Below are positions 39,885 through 49,827 of a stretch of 64,000 nt of DNA, piece after piece. The translations under genes and the position numbers were made by a program. This DNA comes from Calditrichia bacterium (lineage in GTDB: Bacteria; Calditrichota; Calditrichia; JAJRVZ01): positions 192,001 through 256,000 of the forward strand of contig CAWCNS010000016.1 of the NCBI GenBank assembly GCA_963796965.1, read 5' to 3'. How positions within the stretch are numbered: the first letter of the stretch is position 1; each line of letters starts with the position of its first letter. The notes beneath the pieces were generated by a model. It was given only the letters and a program-made list of their open reading frames with translations, did no database searches and was not told the DNA's origin.

Positions 39885-41291
39885 ATGAATCATATTCCTC
39901 TAAATCTAGATAACATTGCAGAACAGGTCGTCGGAATCGATCATCAGGTTCCTCTCCTGAGTGGCGAGAAAAAACGCTATATCTATTTTGACAATTCTGC
40001 AAGTACACCAACCTTGAAGCCGGTTCTTGAATCGCTGAATTTATTTATGGAGTGGTATTCCAATATTCACAGAGGAACTGGTTTTAAGTCACTTATTAGC
40101 ACACATTATTTTGAACAAGCGAGAGAAATTGTTGCACAGTTCTTTAACCTTGATCCAAAAGATCATCTGGTCATTTTTGGGAAGAATGGGACTGAGGCAA
40201 TTAATAAATTAGCGCATCGTGTACCATTACCTGAAGACTGTGTGATTTTGCTTACCAAAATGGAACACCATTCCAATGATCTGCCATGGCGCTTCCGTCG
40301 CCCGGTCATTCATGTAGATGTAGATAATCAGGGAAGATTGGATTGGCAGGATTTTGAATCAAAACTGAATGAGCAAAAAGGAAAAATCGGGTTGATTGCT
40401 GTAACAGGCGCTTCTAATGTTACCGGGTATATAAACGATATTTATCGGATAGCCGAAATGGCACATCAAAACAATGCAAAAATCATGGTTGATGCTGCGC
40501 AATTAGCGCCTCACCGTTTTATTGATATTAAAGCGCCCGGACATCCGCAACATATTGATTTTTTGGCCTTCTCAGCTCATAAAATTTATGCACCCTTTGG
40601 ACTTGGTGTATTGATTACTGACAGAGAGATGTTTAAGGAAGGTGATCCTGATATTGTTGGGGGAGGGACGGTTGACCTGGTGTCTGAAGATTATGCTTAT
40701 TGGACGGATGCTCCGGAAAAAGAAGAAGCGGGTACTCCAAACGTAGCGGGAGCGATCGCACTTGCTAAGGCTCTTAAAATCATCCAGGAAATTGGCATGG
40801 ATAATATTGCCAAACATGAAGCGGATCTCACCCGTTATGCCCTACATAAATTAAAACAAATCCCAGGATTGATTTTTTATGGTGCATTACGTGAAGATGA
40901 GGTTCATAAACGACTTGGTGTCATTTCTTTCAATGTTAAAGATATGCCCCATGCCAAGGTTGGGGCAATTTTAAATTATGAGGGTGGGATCGGTGTCAGA
41001 AATGGATGTTTTTGTGCACACCCCTATATAAAATGTCTCCTCGGTGTGACAGTTGAAGAAACAAAAATCCTGGAAGAAAAGATTCTGAGCCATGACAGAA
41101 GCACTATTCCGGGGGCTGTCCGTGTTAGTTTTGGTATGTATAATACGGAAGAAGAGGTTGATAGCCTTGTGGAAGTTGTTAAGATGATTTCAGAAGGAAA
41201 GTATAAAGGGAATTATTTGTTAAATTCAGAGACCGGCGAATATTTTCCTGAGGGATTTGAGATTGATTATTCTGAATATTATCAGATTTAA
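39885..41291 (+). CDS. Class V aminotransferase/cysteine desulfurase-like protein
   Basis: YFDNSAST, MEHHSNDLPW, VDAAQ, FSAHKIYAP, EAGTPN, VRNGCFCAHP. Confidence 0.85.
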   Translation: MNHIPLNLDNIAEQVVGIDHQVPLLSGEKKRYIYFDNSASTPTLKPVLESLNLFMEWYSNIHRGTGFKSLISTHYFEQAREIVAQFFNLDPKDHLVIFGKNGTEAINKLAHRVPLPEDCVILLTKMEHHSNDLPWRFRRPVIHVDVDNQGRLDWQDFESKLNEQKGKIGLIAVTGASNVTGYINDIYRIAEMAHQNNAKIMVDAAQLAPHRFIDIKAPGHPQHIDFLAFSAHKIYAPFGLGVLITDREMFKEGDPDIVGGGTVDLVSEDYAYWTDAPEKEEAGTPNVAGAIALAKALKIIQEIGMDNIAKHEADLTRYALHKLKQIPGLIFYGALREDEVHKRLGVISFNVKDMPHAKVGAILNYEGGIGVRNGCFCAHPYIKCLLGVTVEETKILEEKILSHDRSTIPGAVRVSFGMYNTEEEVDSLVEVVKMISEGKYKGNYLLNSETGEYFPEGFEIDYSEYYQI

Positions 41292-41372
41292 TAAATAGAT
41301 GCTTCATTGTTCATTAGGATTTCCTTTATAGATCAGTTATCAAGGATTTTTAGCTTGATCTATTGATAATTG

Positions 41373-41535
41373 CTCACACAAAGACGCTGAGTCCCAGAGA
41401 AAACTAATACAAAATAAAGGCTAAAAAATATAAAATAGAATTAAATTCTTTCACAATACCATGTGTGAAATGTTTTTATATTTTATATTTTATATCTTAT
41501 ATTTTTTATTTGCGCACTTTACGTTTCTGCGAGAA
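41373..41535. repeat. Nested inverted-array element forming a long rod-like hairpin
   Basis: Outer arms CTCACACAAAGACGCTGAGT / TTTGCGCACTTTACGTTTCTGCGAG, inner AAAATAT-like versus (TTTTATA)n, central TTTCACA-N8-TGTGAAA. Confidence 0.55.
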
Positions 41536-41608
41536 ATGAATCATTTGGGTTCGTTCATTCTACAATAATTATAGTTACCTTTTATTATGTCCTATAAATA
41601 ACTCATTC

Positions 41609-42793
41609 ATGTCTCTAAAAATGAAATACTATACTGATCCTTACCAGACTGAATTAAAAACTGATCTCGTCTCCCAACGGAATGATGAGCGGGGGATTTG
41701 GTACACCTTTGCAGATACCATTTTTTATCCTGAAGGAGGAGGTCAGGAGGCTGATAGGGGACAGATTAACAATATACCGGTTCTGGATGTGCAATCAGAA
41801 AATGACATTGTTTGGCATTTATTAAAATCATCTCTTTCGACACCAGTCATAATGGAATTGGATTGGAATAGTCGATATGGAAATATGCAGCAACATACGG
41901 GTCAACATATTTTATCAGCTTGTTTTAAAGACCTGCATGATTTGAATACGGTTTCTGTTCATCTGGGAAGAGAGATTACTTTAATCGAGCTCGAGACAGA
42001 AAAAATTACTGATGAAATTCTTGAGGATACGGAAATGGCTGCAAATGATATAATTCGTCAGAATCTGGCTATTAAACCATTCTGGGTCAAGCAGGAAGAA
42101 TTGCATGAATTTAATCTGCGGCGCAGTATTAAAACGACAAATAAAAATATCCGCCTGGTTAGTATTGGTGAACTTGATTATGTTGGATGTGGAGGTACAC
42201 ATGTCCGTACTACGTCCGAGGTCGGGTTAATAAAAATTGTAGGGACAGAAAAAATCAGAAAACATGTTCGGATTAAGATAAAGATCGGAGATTCGGCATA
42301 TCATTATTTCAGAGAATTGCACTCTACTTTTTTCGGGCTTTCATCTCAATTGACTACCTCTCTTCCTGATCTGCCAAAAAGAGTTGACCAACTTGTTCTG
42401 GAAAATCGTGATCTTGGCCGGAAAATTAATAAAATCAATAACTTGTGGTTATCTGAGTATGTAAAGAATATACCAATTACAGAACCCTCAGGCTGTTACT
42501 TTTTAGAAGATTTTTCCAAGGAGAACTTAAAATCTCTTTCAGAAAATTGGAGCAAAATTTATCAAAAGCCCTGTTTGTTTATCAGCCGTGAAGAGGGAAA
42601 GTTCAATTTTTGTATGCGCCTCTATGGGGATAGTGACCATGATATTCAAAATTTTATTCAGGAAAATCGGGAGAAGTATTCACTCAAAGGAGGGGGTAGG
42701 AGAGATTTTGCCATAGGAGAGATCGATAAAAATAGTGCGAATACAAAATTAATCGAGAACCTGTTCAAAACCTTTGATAAGTATTTTAACTAG
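41609..42793 (+). CDS. Alanyl-tRNA editing protein (AlaX-like)
   Basis: TIFYPEGGGQ..D.G, MQQHTGQHILS, CGGTHV, C-terminal KGGG. Confidence 0.88.
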   Translation: MSLKMKYYTDPYQTELKTDLVSQRNDERGIWYTFADTIFYPEGGGQEADRGQINNIPVLDVQSENDIVWHLLKSSLSTPVIMELDWNSRYGNMQQHTGQHILSACFKDLHDLNTVSVHLGREITLIELETEKITDEILEDTEMAANDIIRQNLAIKPFWVKQEELHEFNLRRSIKTTNKNIRLVSIGELDYVGCGGTHVRTTSEVGLIKIVGTEKIRKHVRIKIKIGDSAYHYFRELHSTFFGLSSQLTTSLPDLPKRVDQLVLENRDLGRKINKINNLWLSEYVKNIPITEPSGCYFLEDFSKENLKSLSENWSKIYQKPCLFISREEGKFNFCMRLYGDSDHDIQNFIQENREKYSLKGGGRRDFAIGEIDKNSANTKLIENLFKTFDKYFN

Positions 42794-42796
42794 GGA

Positions 42797-43369
42797 GTGG
42801 ACCACTCTATGCCATCAATTAGAGGATTGGTGTTAATGAGCCGTCTTGAGTATTTAGAAAAGAAATATGGAGCAGAAGAGTATCGGGGATTTTTAAAGAA
42901 AATCAGTACAGATGAGATGAATTTACTACGCCAGCCCCTTGACGGTGCACAAATTTATCCGGATAGTCTCCTGACGACGATAGATCAAATTTTATTGCAT
43001 GAATATTTGAATGAGGATATGGGGGAATTTAAAAATCTGGGTAAATGGGGGGCGGAAAATTTTATGTATCGATTTTTCAGCCAATATGTTGACGATTCTG
43101 AACCTCTCAACTTTCTTGCCCAATATGATCGTTTACGTGACTATCTTATTGGTTCTGGTCATATGAAGATTCAATCGATCAGTGAAAAGCATCTAATCCT
43201 TTCAATAGATTATGGCCAACAAATTCACAAAAGTGTATGTCTGAGTGAGCAGGGTTTTATTGAAGGTGGAATGGAGCAATGTGGAGCCAAAAATGTGAGA
43301 ATTGTTGAAACCACCTGTGCCAGTGAATCAAAGGGCTTAACCTGTCAGTTTGATGTGACGTTTGAGTGA
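42797..43369 (+). CDS. Hypothetical protein, V4R/DUF2378-like
   Basis: IRGLVLMSRLEYL N-terminus; C...GFIEG.ME..GA......ETTC......CQFDV C-terminus. Confidence 0.45.
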   Translation: MDHSMPSIRGLVLMSRLEYLEKKYGAEEYRGFLKKISTDEMNLLRQPLDGAQIYPDSLLTTIDQILLHEYLNEDMGEFKNLGKWGAENFMYRFFSQYVDDSEPLNFLAQYDRLRDYLIGSGHMKIQSISEKHLILSIDYGQQIHKSVCLSEQGFIEGGMEQCGAKNVRIVETTCASESKGLTCQFDVTFE

Positions 43370-43393
43370 ACCAACCACTGGGCTTCTTCAATT

Positions 43394-43813
43394 TTACGCC
43401 CCAATAATCTTCACCAATACCCGTTTGCGTCGTCTTCCATCAAACTCGGCATAAAAAATTTGCTCCCAGGGACCAAAATCCAACTGGCCATCAGTAATAG
43501 CAACAACGACTTCTCTCCCCATGACTTGTCTTTTTAGATGTGCATCTCCATTGTCTTCACCCGTCATGTTATGCCGGTAATGAGATATAGGTTCATGGGG
43601 GGCCAGACCTTCAAGCCAATCATCGTAATCTTGAATTAATCCATTCTCATTGTCATTAATATAGACACTTGCAGTTATATGCATAGCGTTAACAAGACAC
43701 AGACCCTCTTTGATTTGACTCTCCCGCAGACATTCATCCACATCACGGGTTATATTTATATAATCTCTGCGGTTTTGGGTACTAAACCAGAGTTCTTTGC
43801 GATATGATTTCAT
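43394..43813 (-). CDS. YjbQ/UPF0047 family protein
   Basis: [34 protein letters not shown]. Confidence 0.9.
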   Translation of the reverse strand: MKSYRKELWFSTQNRRDYINITRDVDECLRESQIKEGLCLVNAMHITASVYINDNENGLIQDYDDWLEGLAPHEPISHYRHNMTGEDNGDAHLKRQVMGREVVVAITDGQLDFGPWEQIFYAEFDGRRRKRVLVKIIGA

Positions 43814-43823
43814 TATTTATTCC

Positions 43824-46181
43824 TTATGCGTTTTCTGTAGATTTTTTTATCTCACTAGATCTCTCGAAAAATTCGTCCATGGTCATTTTCTTTAAGAGTA
43901 CCAATCCACGTGTGGAACGGGTTCTTGAGTCTTCACTTTCATAGAAAAATCCCCTTCCAAGCAAAGTTTTCAACTTTTGATACTGTTCCACCTGAATTTT
44001 TTGTGCAAGATCAACAAAAGGTCCATCATGCTCGTAGCTTGGGAAAGATGCCTCTGCCTGGGAAGCAAATGAATTCATGAACGAATGCTGTAAGATGGCA
44101 AATGTATTTAAAGTGACCGGAATAAACATATTTGTATCAGCCAGATGAAAACGGAACCATACATTGCGATAGCCCCATACTTCAATATCTTTTCTCCCTG
44201 TCTCCTCCCGATAAATCTTTAATGCTTCTGAAACCGTTTGTAATACCTTATAATGCGTATCAGGGCCGCTGCTTTCCGGGTCAAAGGCTACAGTTACGAT
44301 ATCGGGATTTATTTTTTTTAAATTATTGAGTACAGGCAATACATCTCTTTCAACTGTAGGCTCTTCAGTAAAGATATCACCTTTGTAGAATCCCAGTCGA
44401 GAATGGAAGACTGAGGAACAACTAAAACCAAAATACCCCCACAAAACATCCGCTTCCCATTCTCTTGTCATACCTTTTAATTGTTGAATATAAGTAAGAT
44501 CCTTTTTACCCGGGTATTGGGTTTTAAAATAGTTTTCTAACTCATATACCCGGTGATGAAGATTGTCTACACTGTCTTCTTCAAAAGTCTCGATTAGATT
44601 ACGCATCAATCGCCGGGCCTGCGCTTCCTCTCTAACTAAATGATGATCACCGGCAACACCATCTAAATAGAGCCACACATCACGGTTTCTGGCAATGAGA
44701 TTTGTGGGATCAAAGTAATTGGAGTCAGCTAAATGGCGGAATTCTTTTTTATTTAAAAACCACTTAAGCCGCTGGACCAGTCGCAACATATGTGAATTTG
44801 TTACGGCATTAAATCCACTGGTTAGATAATTAAAATAATGGGTATTGGATTGTTCTCTTACCAGTCGTACAATGTAGGGTAAATAACCTAACATGATGTC
44901 GTCATGGTGGGGGGCTGTATGGAGCAATGTCTTGTTTTTTGGTATCTCAAGAGTGGAACTAAATCTTTTTTGAAGTTCCTTTTCAACCTGAACAAGTTTT
45001 GTTTTTATGCCCTCATTAAATCTACCCAATAACTCTTTGCTGCTGCGAATGCTCTCAAAATCTTTTTTAGTCAGATTAACAATCTTTTTTCTTTTATTTA
45101 AGGCTAAATCAATTATGATTTGTAATTCATCTTGTTCGGAGAGCACTTTATTTTGTTTGATGTGCAGATATCTTCTTTCTGTTAAAAGCTTTGCTGCTCC
45201 CTTGGTCAAATAAAAAGCAGCAGAACCGAGGTCCTGAAGTACAGTTGCCGGAAATTCGTTATCCTTAGCTCTCTGGATAGCATCAAATACTATTTTAGCC
45301 TTTGCCTCTCCGGATGCAATTATTATTGCTACCGTGTCCGGATTGTAAGTAATCGTTTGAAGACCAATAGTGATTACGAGACGGTTGCGCGAGATCTCGA
45401 TTCCTCCCAGATCGGAAGCCGCAGCAGCTTGTGTTTCATAATTTGTAGGGGTGAGTCGGGTGGTTGAATAATGATCTGATCCTTTTACATTAAAACCAAT
45501 GTGTCCATCGGGGCCAATACCTCCCAGAAAAAATCCTATCCCCCCCAGTGATCTGATTTTGCTCTCATAGTCTGTACAAAATTGATCGACGGATTCTAAG
45601 ACTTTTTTCTGCCTCGCCTCATGTGCGGTTTTGGGTTGGAGAATACGTAATTCCAGGTCAACCAGGTGATCGGGCCAGATAGTTTCCAGTAAATCATCTC
45701 CTGATAGCCCAATTGTATTGGGATTGATCAATAAAGCTTTCTGAGCATCCAGCCCAAATCCCTTGATGTAATATTTGTTTACATAGTAGTAGAAGCTATT
45801 ATGCTGCTCGGTATTGATAGGATAGAACTCGTCTATCTGGATAAAATGAAAACTTTTCATGTCTGGTTTATGTCCGGGATCAACACCATTCTCTTCCAGA
45901 AGTTTCCTTGTCGCTGGTTCGTTCCACCCATTAAGTAAATGAGCCACCCATTTGATAAAATGTTCAGGGGTCTTACCTGTAGGAAGGGAAATAGTCCATC
46001 CTTCATTATTCTGAGCCCATTCCAAAAACCGGAAAGCCGTTAGTTTCCCCAAATCCGGAAAGTTATCTACAACTATGACATTTATTTTTTCTATGGGGGC
46101 ATAGCGCAAGGCTTCGCCACTTTTTTTTATCGCTAAATCTTCAACCTTTGAAGGATTAGCTGTTCTTGGGACATCTCCCAT
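43824..46181 (-). CDS. nagB: Glucosamine-6-phosphate deaminase fused to a PIG-L-like domain
   Basis: LPTGKTP, IDEFYP, LGGIGPDGHIGFN; C-terminal APHHDDIMLG and DP...GPDTH. Confidence 0.8.
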   Translation of the reverse strand: MGDVPRTANPSKVEDLAIKKSGEALRYAPIEKINVIVVDNFPDLGKLTAFRFLEWAQNNEGWTISLPTGKTPEHFIKWVAHLLNGWNEPATRKLLEENGVDPGHKPDMKSFHFIQIDEFYPINTEQHNSFYYYVNKYYIKGFGLDAQKALLINPNTIGLSGDDLLETIWPDHLVDLELRILQPKTAHEARQKKVLESVDQFCTDYESKIRSLGGIGFFLGGIGPDGHIGFNVKGSDHYSTTRLTPTNYETQAAAASDLGGIEISRNRLVITIGLQTITYNPDTVAIIIASGEAKAKIVFDAIQRAKDNEFPATVLQDLGSAAFYLTKGAAKLLTERRYLHIKQNKVLSEQDELQIIIDLALNKRKKIVNLTKKDFESIRSSKELLGRFNEGIKTKLVQVEKELQKRFSSTLEIPKNKTLLHTAPHHDDIMLGYLPYIVRLVREQSNTHYFNYLTSGFNAVTNSHMLRLVQRLKWFLNKKEFRHLADSNYFDPTNLIARNRDVWLYLDGVAGDHHLVREEAQARRLMRNLIETFEEDSVDNLHHRVYELENYFKTQYPGKKDLTYIQQLKGMTREWEADVLWGYFGFSCSSVFHSRLGFYKGDIFTEEPTVERDVLPVLNNLKKINPDIVTVAFDPESSGPDTHYKVLQTVSEALKIYREETGRKDIEVWGYRNVWFRFHLADTNMFIPVTLNTFAILQHSFMNSFASQAEASFPSYEHDGPFVDLAQKIQVEQYQKLKTLLGRGFFYESEDSRTRSTRGLVLLKKMTMDEFFERSSEIKKSTENA

Positions 46182-46432
46182 ATTTTCTCCAAACTGTGAT
46201 TAAATTTGATCATTTTTTAATAAAGACATAAAGTTATCTAAAGTATATGGTTAATCACAAATTTAAATTTGTTTTAATTTTATGATTTTGTGAAATTACG
46301 CGCGGTATAATACTGCAAATTAAGTATATTATCTATTATTGATGAGCTTAATTAAATATGTTACTTCTAATCGGTCCTTATTAAAATTTAAAGGGCCAGA
46401 TTAACTATATTATTTAGAGGAGATTGATAAGA

Positions 46433-47239
46433 ATGTATCCTGAATTATTTTCAATAGGACCAATTACGGTTTATAGTTATGGGCTGATGGCTGCCATAGG
46501 ATTTTTGCTTGGCGGTTATCTGCTTGAACGGGAACTCGACAGAGTGGGCAAAAATAAAGAATTAGCAGGCTCAATTATTATCTCAGCTATTGTCGGTGGA
46601 ATTGTCGGATCAAAAATATATTTTCTAATTGAGAATCCTGCTCTTTTACAAGATGATTTTTTTGGGGCCGTATTCTCTGGTGCCGGTCTTGTCTGGTATG
46701 GTGGACTGATTGGTGGTTTTTTGGCTGTGGTCTGGTGGATCAGACGGAAGGGATTACCTTTTTTACTTGTAGCGGATCTTATGGGCCCTCTATTATTGAT
46801 GGGCCAGGGTATGGGACGTATGGGTTGCTTTCTCTCAGGAGATGGTTGCTATGGACCACCTGCTGACGTTCCCTGGGCCATGTCTTTTCCCAATGGCGTA
46901 GTTCCTACTATGGAACTTGTTCATCCAACACCGCTATATGATGTTATTTTGTTAATGTCTCTTTTTGGATTGTTATGGTTGTTACGCAAAAGAAATTTTA
47001 AACCGGGGACAATATTTGGATTATTTGGTATGTTTATGGGAACAGAAAGATTTTTTACTGAATTTTTTAGAACCAATCCCAAAACAGTTTTTGGTATGTT
47101 TAGTCAGGCCCAGTTTATCAGCATCCTCCTTTTCTCAGCTGGCCTCGGCCTTATCATATATGTGAATAAGAGAAAAGCTTATCCTGAACAGATAATTGAT
47201 AAGAGTGATAAGGTAAAGCATGTAAAGCGTAAAGAGTAG
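46433..47239 (+). CDS. lgt: Prolipoprotein diacylglyceryl transferase
   Basis: MYPELF.IGP...YSYG, GLVWYGG, GRMGCF..GDGCYG, HPTPLY, RFFTEFFR. Confidence 0.9.
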   Translation: MYPELFSIGPITVYSYGLMAAIGFLLGGYLLERELDRVGKNKELAGSIIISAIVGGIVGSKIYFLIENPALLQDDFFGAVFSGAGLVWYGGLIGGFLAVVWWIRRKGLPFLLVADLMGPLLLMGQGMGRMGCFLSGDGCYGPPADVPWAMSFPNGVVPTMELVHPTPLYDVILLMSLFGLLWLLRKRNFKPGTIFGLFGMFMGTERFFTEFFRTNPKTVFGMFSQAQFISILLFSAGLGLIIYVNKRKAYPEQIIDKSDKVKHVKRKE

Positions 47240-47546
47240 AGCGTGGAAAAGATTTTAGAAGAGCGACGAGAGAAGAGAGAATTGTGAAATATATGAATCC
47301 TATATTCATTAGTTGATTATTCTCTGTTAGATATTGGATATTGATCTTCACACAAGATTTAATTATCCAATAATCTAAAGTCAATATCCTAAAACGTAAT
47401 TTTCAAGTATCAAGCATTGGGTTCGAACGTCGTATCAATAGCCATCAACCTTAAAATAAACTAATTCCATCTAAGATATATTTATCCATAATGTATATTT
47501 TTTTGAATAAATAATTGCCCTACGTGTATAAGGTTACTATAGAACA

Positions 47547-48101
47547 ATGAATGAAGATCAAATAGCAATTATGGAATGTCAGACGGGAAAAACCGAGAGT
47601 TATCGTTTTCTGGTTGATAAGTATAAAAACCGCGCTTATTATACGGCATTATTATTTACTGGAAATCGTGAAGATGCGCTGGATCTATCTCAGGAGGCCT
47701 TTTATCGCGCTTTTAAATCTATAAAATCTTTTACGCCGGGCAAGAATTTCTACACCTGGTTTTATCGTATTCTTAAAAACATATCTATCAATCATTACAA
47801 ACGTGTTAAAAAAAGAAGTGTTGTATTCTCTGATGCAGAAGAATCTACTGGTGCAAGGCTTTATATCTCTCCATTAGCCAAACCTGATGAAGTATTTGAA
47901 GAGCATGAGATGCGGGAAGTTGTTTGGAATGGTTTAGCAAAATTAAAAGCAGATGATCGGGAGATAATTATTCTTAAAGAATTTCAGGAAATGTCTTATA
48001 AAGAAATTTCGGAAACATTAGATATTCCTCTGGGAAGTGTGATGTCCAGACTGTTTTATGCAAAGAAAAAACTGGCAAAAATTCTGGAGGAGTTAGCATG
48101 A
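47547..48101 (+). CDS. ECF RNA polymerase sigma factor
   Basis: DALDLSQEAF, FYTWFYRI..N, MSYKEISETLDIPLGSVMSRL. Confidence 0.92.
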   Translation: MNEDQIAIMECQTGKTESYRFLVDKYKNRAYYTALLFTGNREDALDLSQEAFYRAFKSIKSFTPGKNFYTWFYRILKNISINHYKRVKKRSVVFSDAEESTGARLYISPLAKPDEVFEEHEMREVVWNGLAKLKADDREIIILKEFQEMSYKEISETLDIPLGSVMSRLFYAKKKLAKILEELA

Positions 48102-48559
48102 TCAAAAATGAACTATCCTGTGACGAGATTGAAGTCAAGGTCATGGCCTTGCTTGACGGGGAACTATCAGAACAGGATATAATTATAGTAAAAGACCATC
48201 TTAATTCCTGTAAAAGATGCTCTGATGAATATGCCTCGTTAAAAAAATTGAAGGAGGTGACCAGCGCAATGAAAATGAAAAAATTACCCGAATATTATTG
48301 GGATGATTACTGGACCAATGTCTATAATCGTCTGGAGCGTGGCATTAGTTGGTTATTAATATCTCTTGGTGCCATTATTGTATTAGCCTTTGCAGGCTGG
48401 GAAGCACTTTCCGCTCTGATTGCAGATCAGGAGATGAATCCGCTTCTAAAAATAGGGATATTTGTTCTGTTGATAGGTTCGGTTATTCTGATTGTTTCCA
48501 TATTGCGCGAAAAATTACTGGTAAAACGGATCGATAAATACAGAGAGGTGAAAAGATGA
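48098..48559 (+). CDS. Zinc-finger (zf-HC2) membrane anti-sigma factor
   Basis: ALLDGEL...HLNSCKRC (HxxxCxxC) plus two TM helices; overlaps the sigma stop codon. Confidence 0.85.
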   Translation: MIKNELSCDEIEVKVMALLDGELSEQDIIIVKDHLNSCKRCSDEYASLKKLKEVTSAMKMKKLPEYYWDDYWTNVYNRLERGISWLLISLGAIIVLAFAGWEALSALIADQEMNPLLKIGIFVLLIGSVILIVSILREKLLVKRIDKYREVKR

Positions 48560-48876
48560 TAGTGACAACAATAAATGAGGTTCCTGGCAAAAAATTAGTT
48601 AAATCGCTTGGTCTGGTCAAAGGAAATACAATCCGGGCAAGAAATCTGGGGCGGGATATTATCGCCACTTTAAAGAATCTGGTAGGTGGAGAAATTGAGG
48701 AGTATACAAAACTTCTTGGAGAATCCCGCGAACAGGCTGTGGACAGGATGATTGCTACTGCTGAAGAATTAGGTGCTAATGCAATTGTCGGGGTAAGATT
48801 CAGCACGTCTTATATTATGCAAAGCGCTGCAGAAATTATGGTTTATGGTACGGCTGTGATTGTTGAGGATGAATAA
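48556..48876 (+). CDS. YbjQ/UPF0145 family protein
   Basis: MIVTT, LGLVKG, GRDI.A.LKNLVGGE, GANAIVGVRF, YGTAV. Confidence 0.9.
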   Translation: MIVTTINEVPGKKLVKSLGLVKGNTIRARNLGRDIIATLKNLVGGEIEEYTKLLGESREQAVDRMIATAEELGANAIVGVRFSTSYIMQSAAEIMVYGTAVIVEDE

Positions 48877-48886
48877 GTTAAGTGGA

Positions 48887-49019
48887 ATTAGTAATTAGTA
48901 ATTGGGAATTGGATTGATTTTTACTTGTGGATATTATAATACTTCAAATCACATAGATTTTAACTATATTCCATTCCTAATCCCCCTAAATACCTAATTT
49001 CAAATTACTAATCACCAAT
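48887..49019. repeat. Gene-less inverted heptamer arrays
   Basis: ATTAGTA-ATTAGTA-ATTGGGA-ATTGG ... CCTAAT-TTCAAAT-TACTAAT-CACCAAT between convergent genes. Confidence 0.65.
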
Positions 49020-49827
49020 ATTTCTCCATATGTATCGATCCTGGCTCTAACTTAGTATGCTCACGAAAATTGGATTTTTCTAAGAGTTCTACCATTTCCC
49101 GGATCATCTCCGGATGGCCACATAAAAAGATGCGCGTGTTTTCTGGAGATGAGTCGTGACCCCACATATTCTGAATAACTTTTTCTTTCCATATTTCCTG
49201 TACAAATCCAATCCTGCCTCCCCACGGAATTGGCTCCTTAGAAGGTTCACTAATTACCGGAATGTAATGAAAATTAGGACAGAGTCTTTCTATCGTAAGT
49301 AGTTCAGATCTATACCCCAAATCCCAGGAGTTTAGAGCGCCGTGAATTACAGCATAATTTCGTTTTTCCTGAATTATGACATTAGAGCGAAGCATACTCA
49401 TATATGGTGCAACCCCGGTGCCGGTAGCAAAAAGGACTATATTTAGATCCTCAGACACTTCATCCATGGTAAACATACCCTTGGTCTTGTTAGACATCCA
49501 TAATTTGTCACCGATATTCATGGCAAATAAACGAGGGGTAAGAGAACCAGAAGTGACCAGGCGTACATAGAACTCTACGTATTGTTTCTCTTTAGAACTT
49601 GAGGCGATTGAATACGCTCTACGTACTAATTTGTCTTCCCTTGGAGGTGTTGGTTCTGGGTCCGAGTACATATACCGTGGTGAATTTGGTGGTAATCCGA
49701 GCACCACGTATTGTCCGGGGGTGAATTCGGGCAATTCCCAACCCTCCGGTACCACCCTGATAATGATTAAGCCGGGGGCTACTTCTACTTTCTGGGCCAA
49801 AACACAATTCAACTCTGGAAGCACCAT
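49012..49827 (-). CDS. fpr: Ferredoxin/flavodoxin-NADP+ reductase
   Basis: FTPGQY, RRAYSIAS, GSLTPRL, ATGTGVAPY, LCGHPEM, terminal EKYW. Confidence 0.85.
   Translation of the reverse strand: MVLPELNCVLAQKVEVAPGLIIIRVVPEGWELPEFTPGQYVVLGLPPNSPRYMYSDPEPTPPREDKLVRRAYSIASSSKEKQYVEFYVRLVTSGSLTPRLFAMNIGDKLWMSNKTKGMFTMDEVSEDLNIVLFATGTGVAPYMSMLRSNVIIQEKRNYAVIHGALNSWDLGYRSELLTIERLCPNFHYIPVISEPSKEPIPWGGRIGFVQEIWKEKVIQNMWGHDSSPENTRIFLCGHPEMIREMVELLEKSNFREHTKLEPGSIHMEKYW

Noticed and set aside
46368..46394. Sigma28-like -10 (ACCGATTA, minus strand) upstream of nagB
   Set aside because: No -35 element at the correct distance
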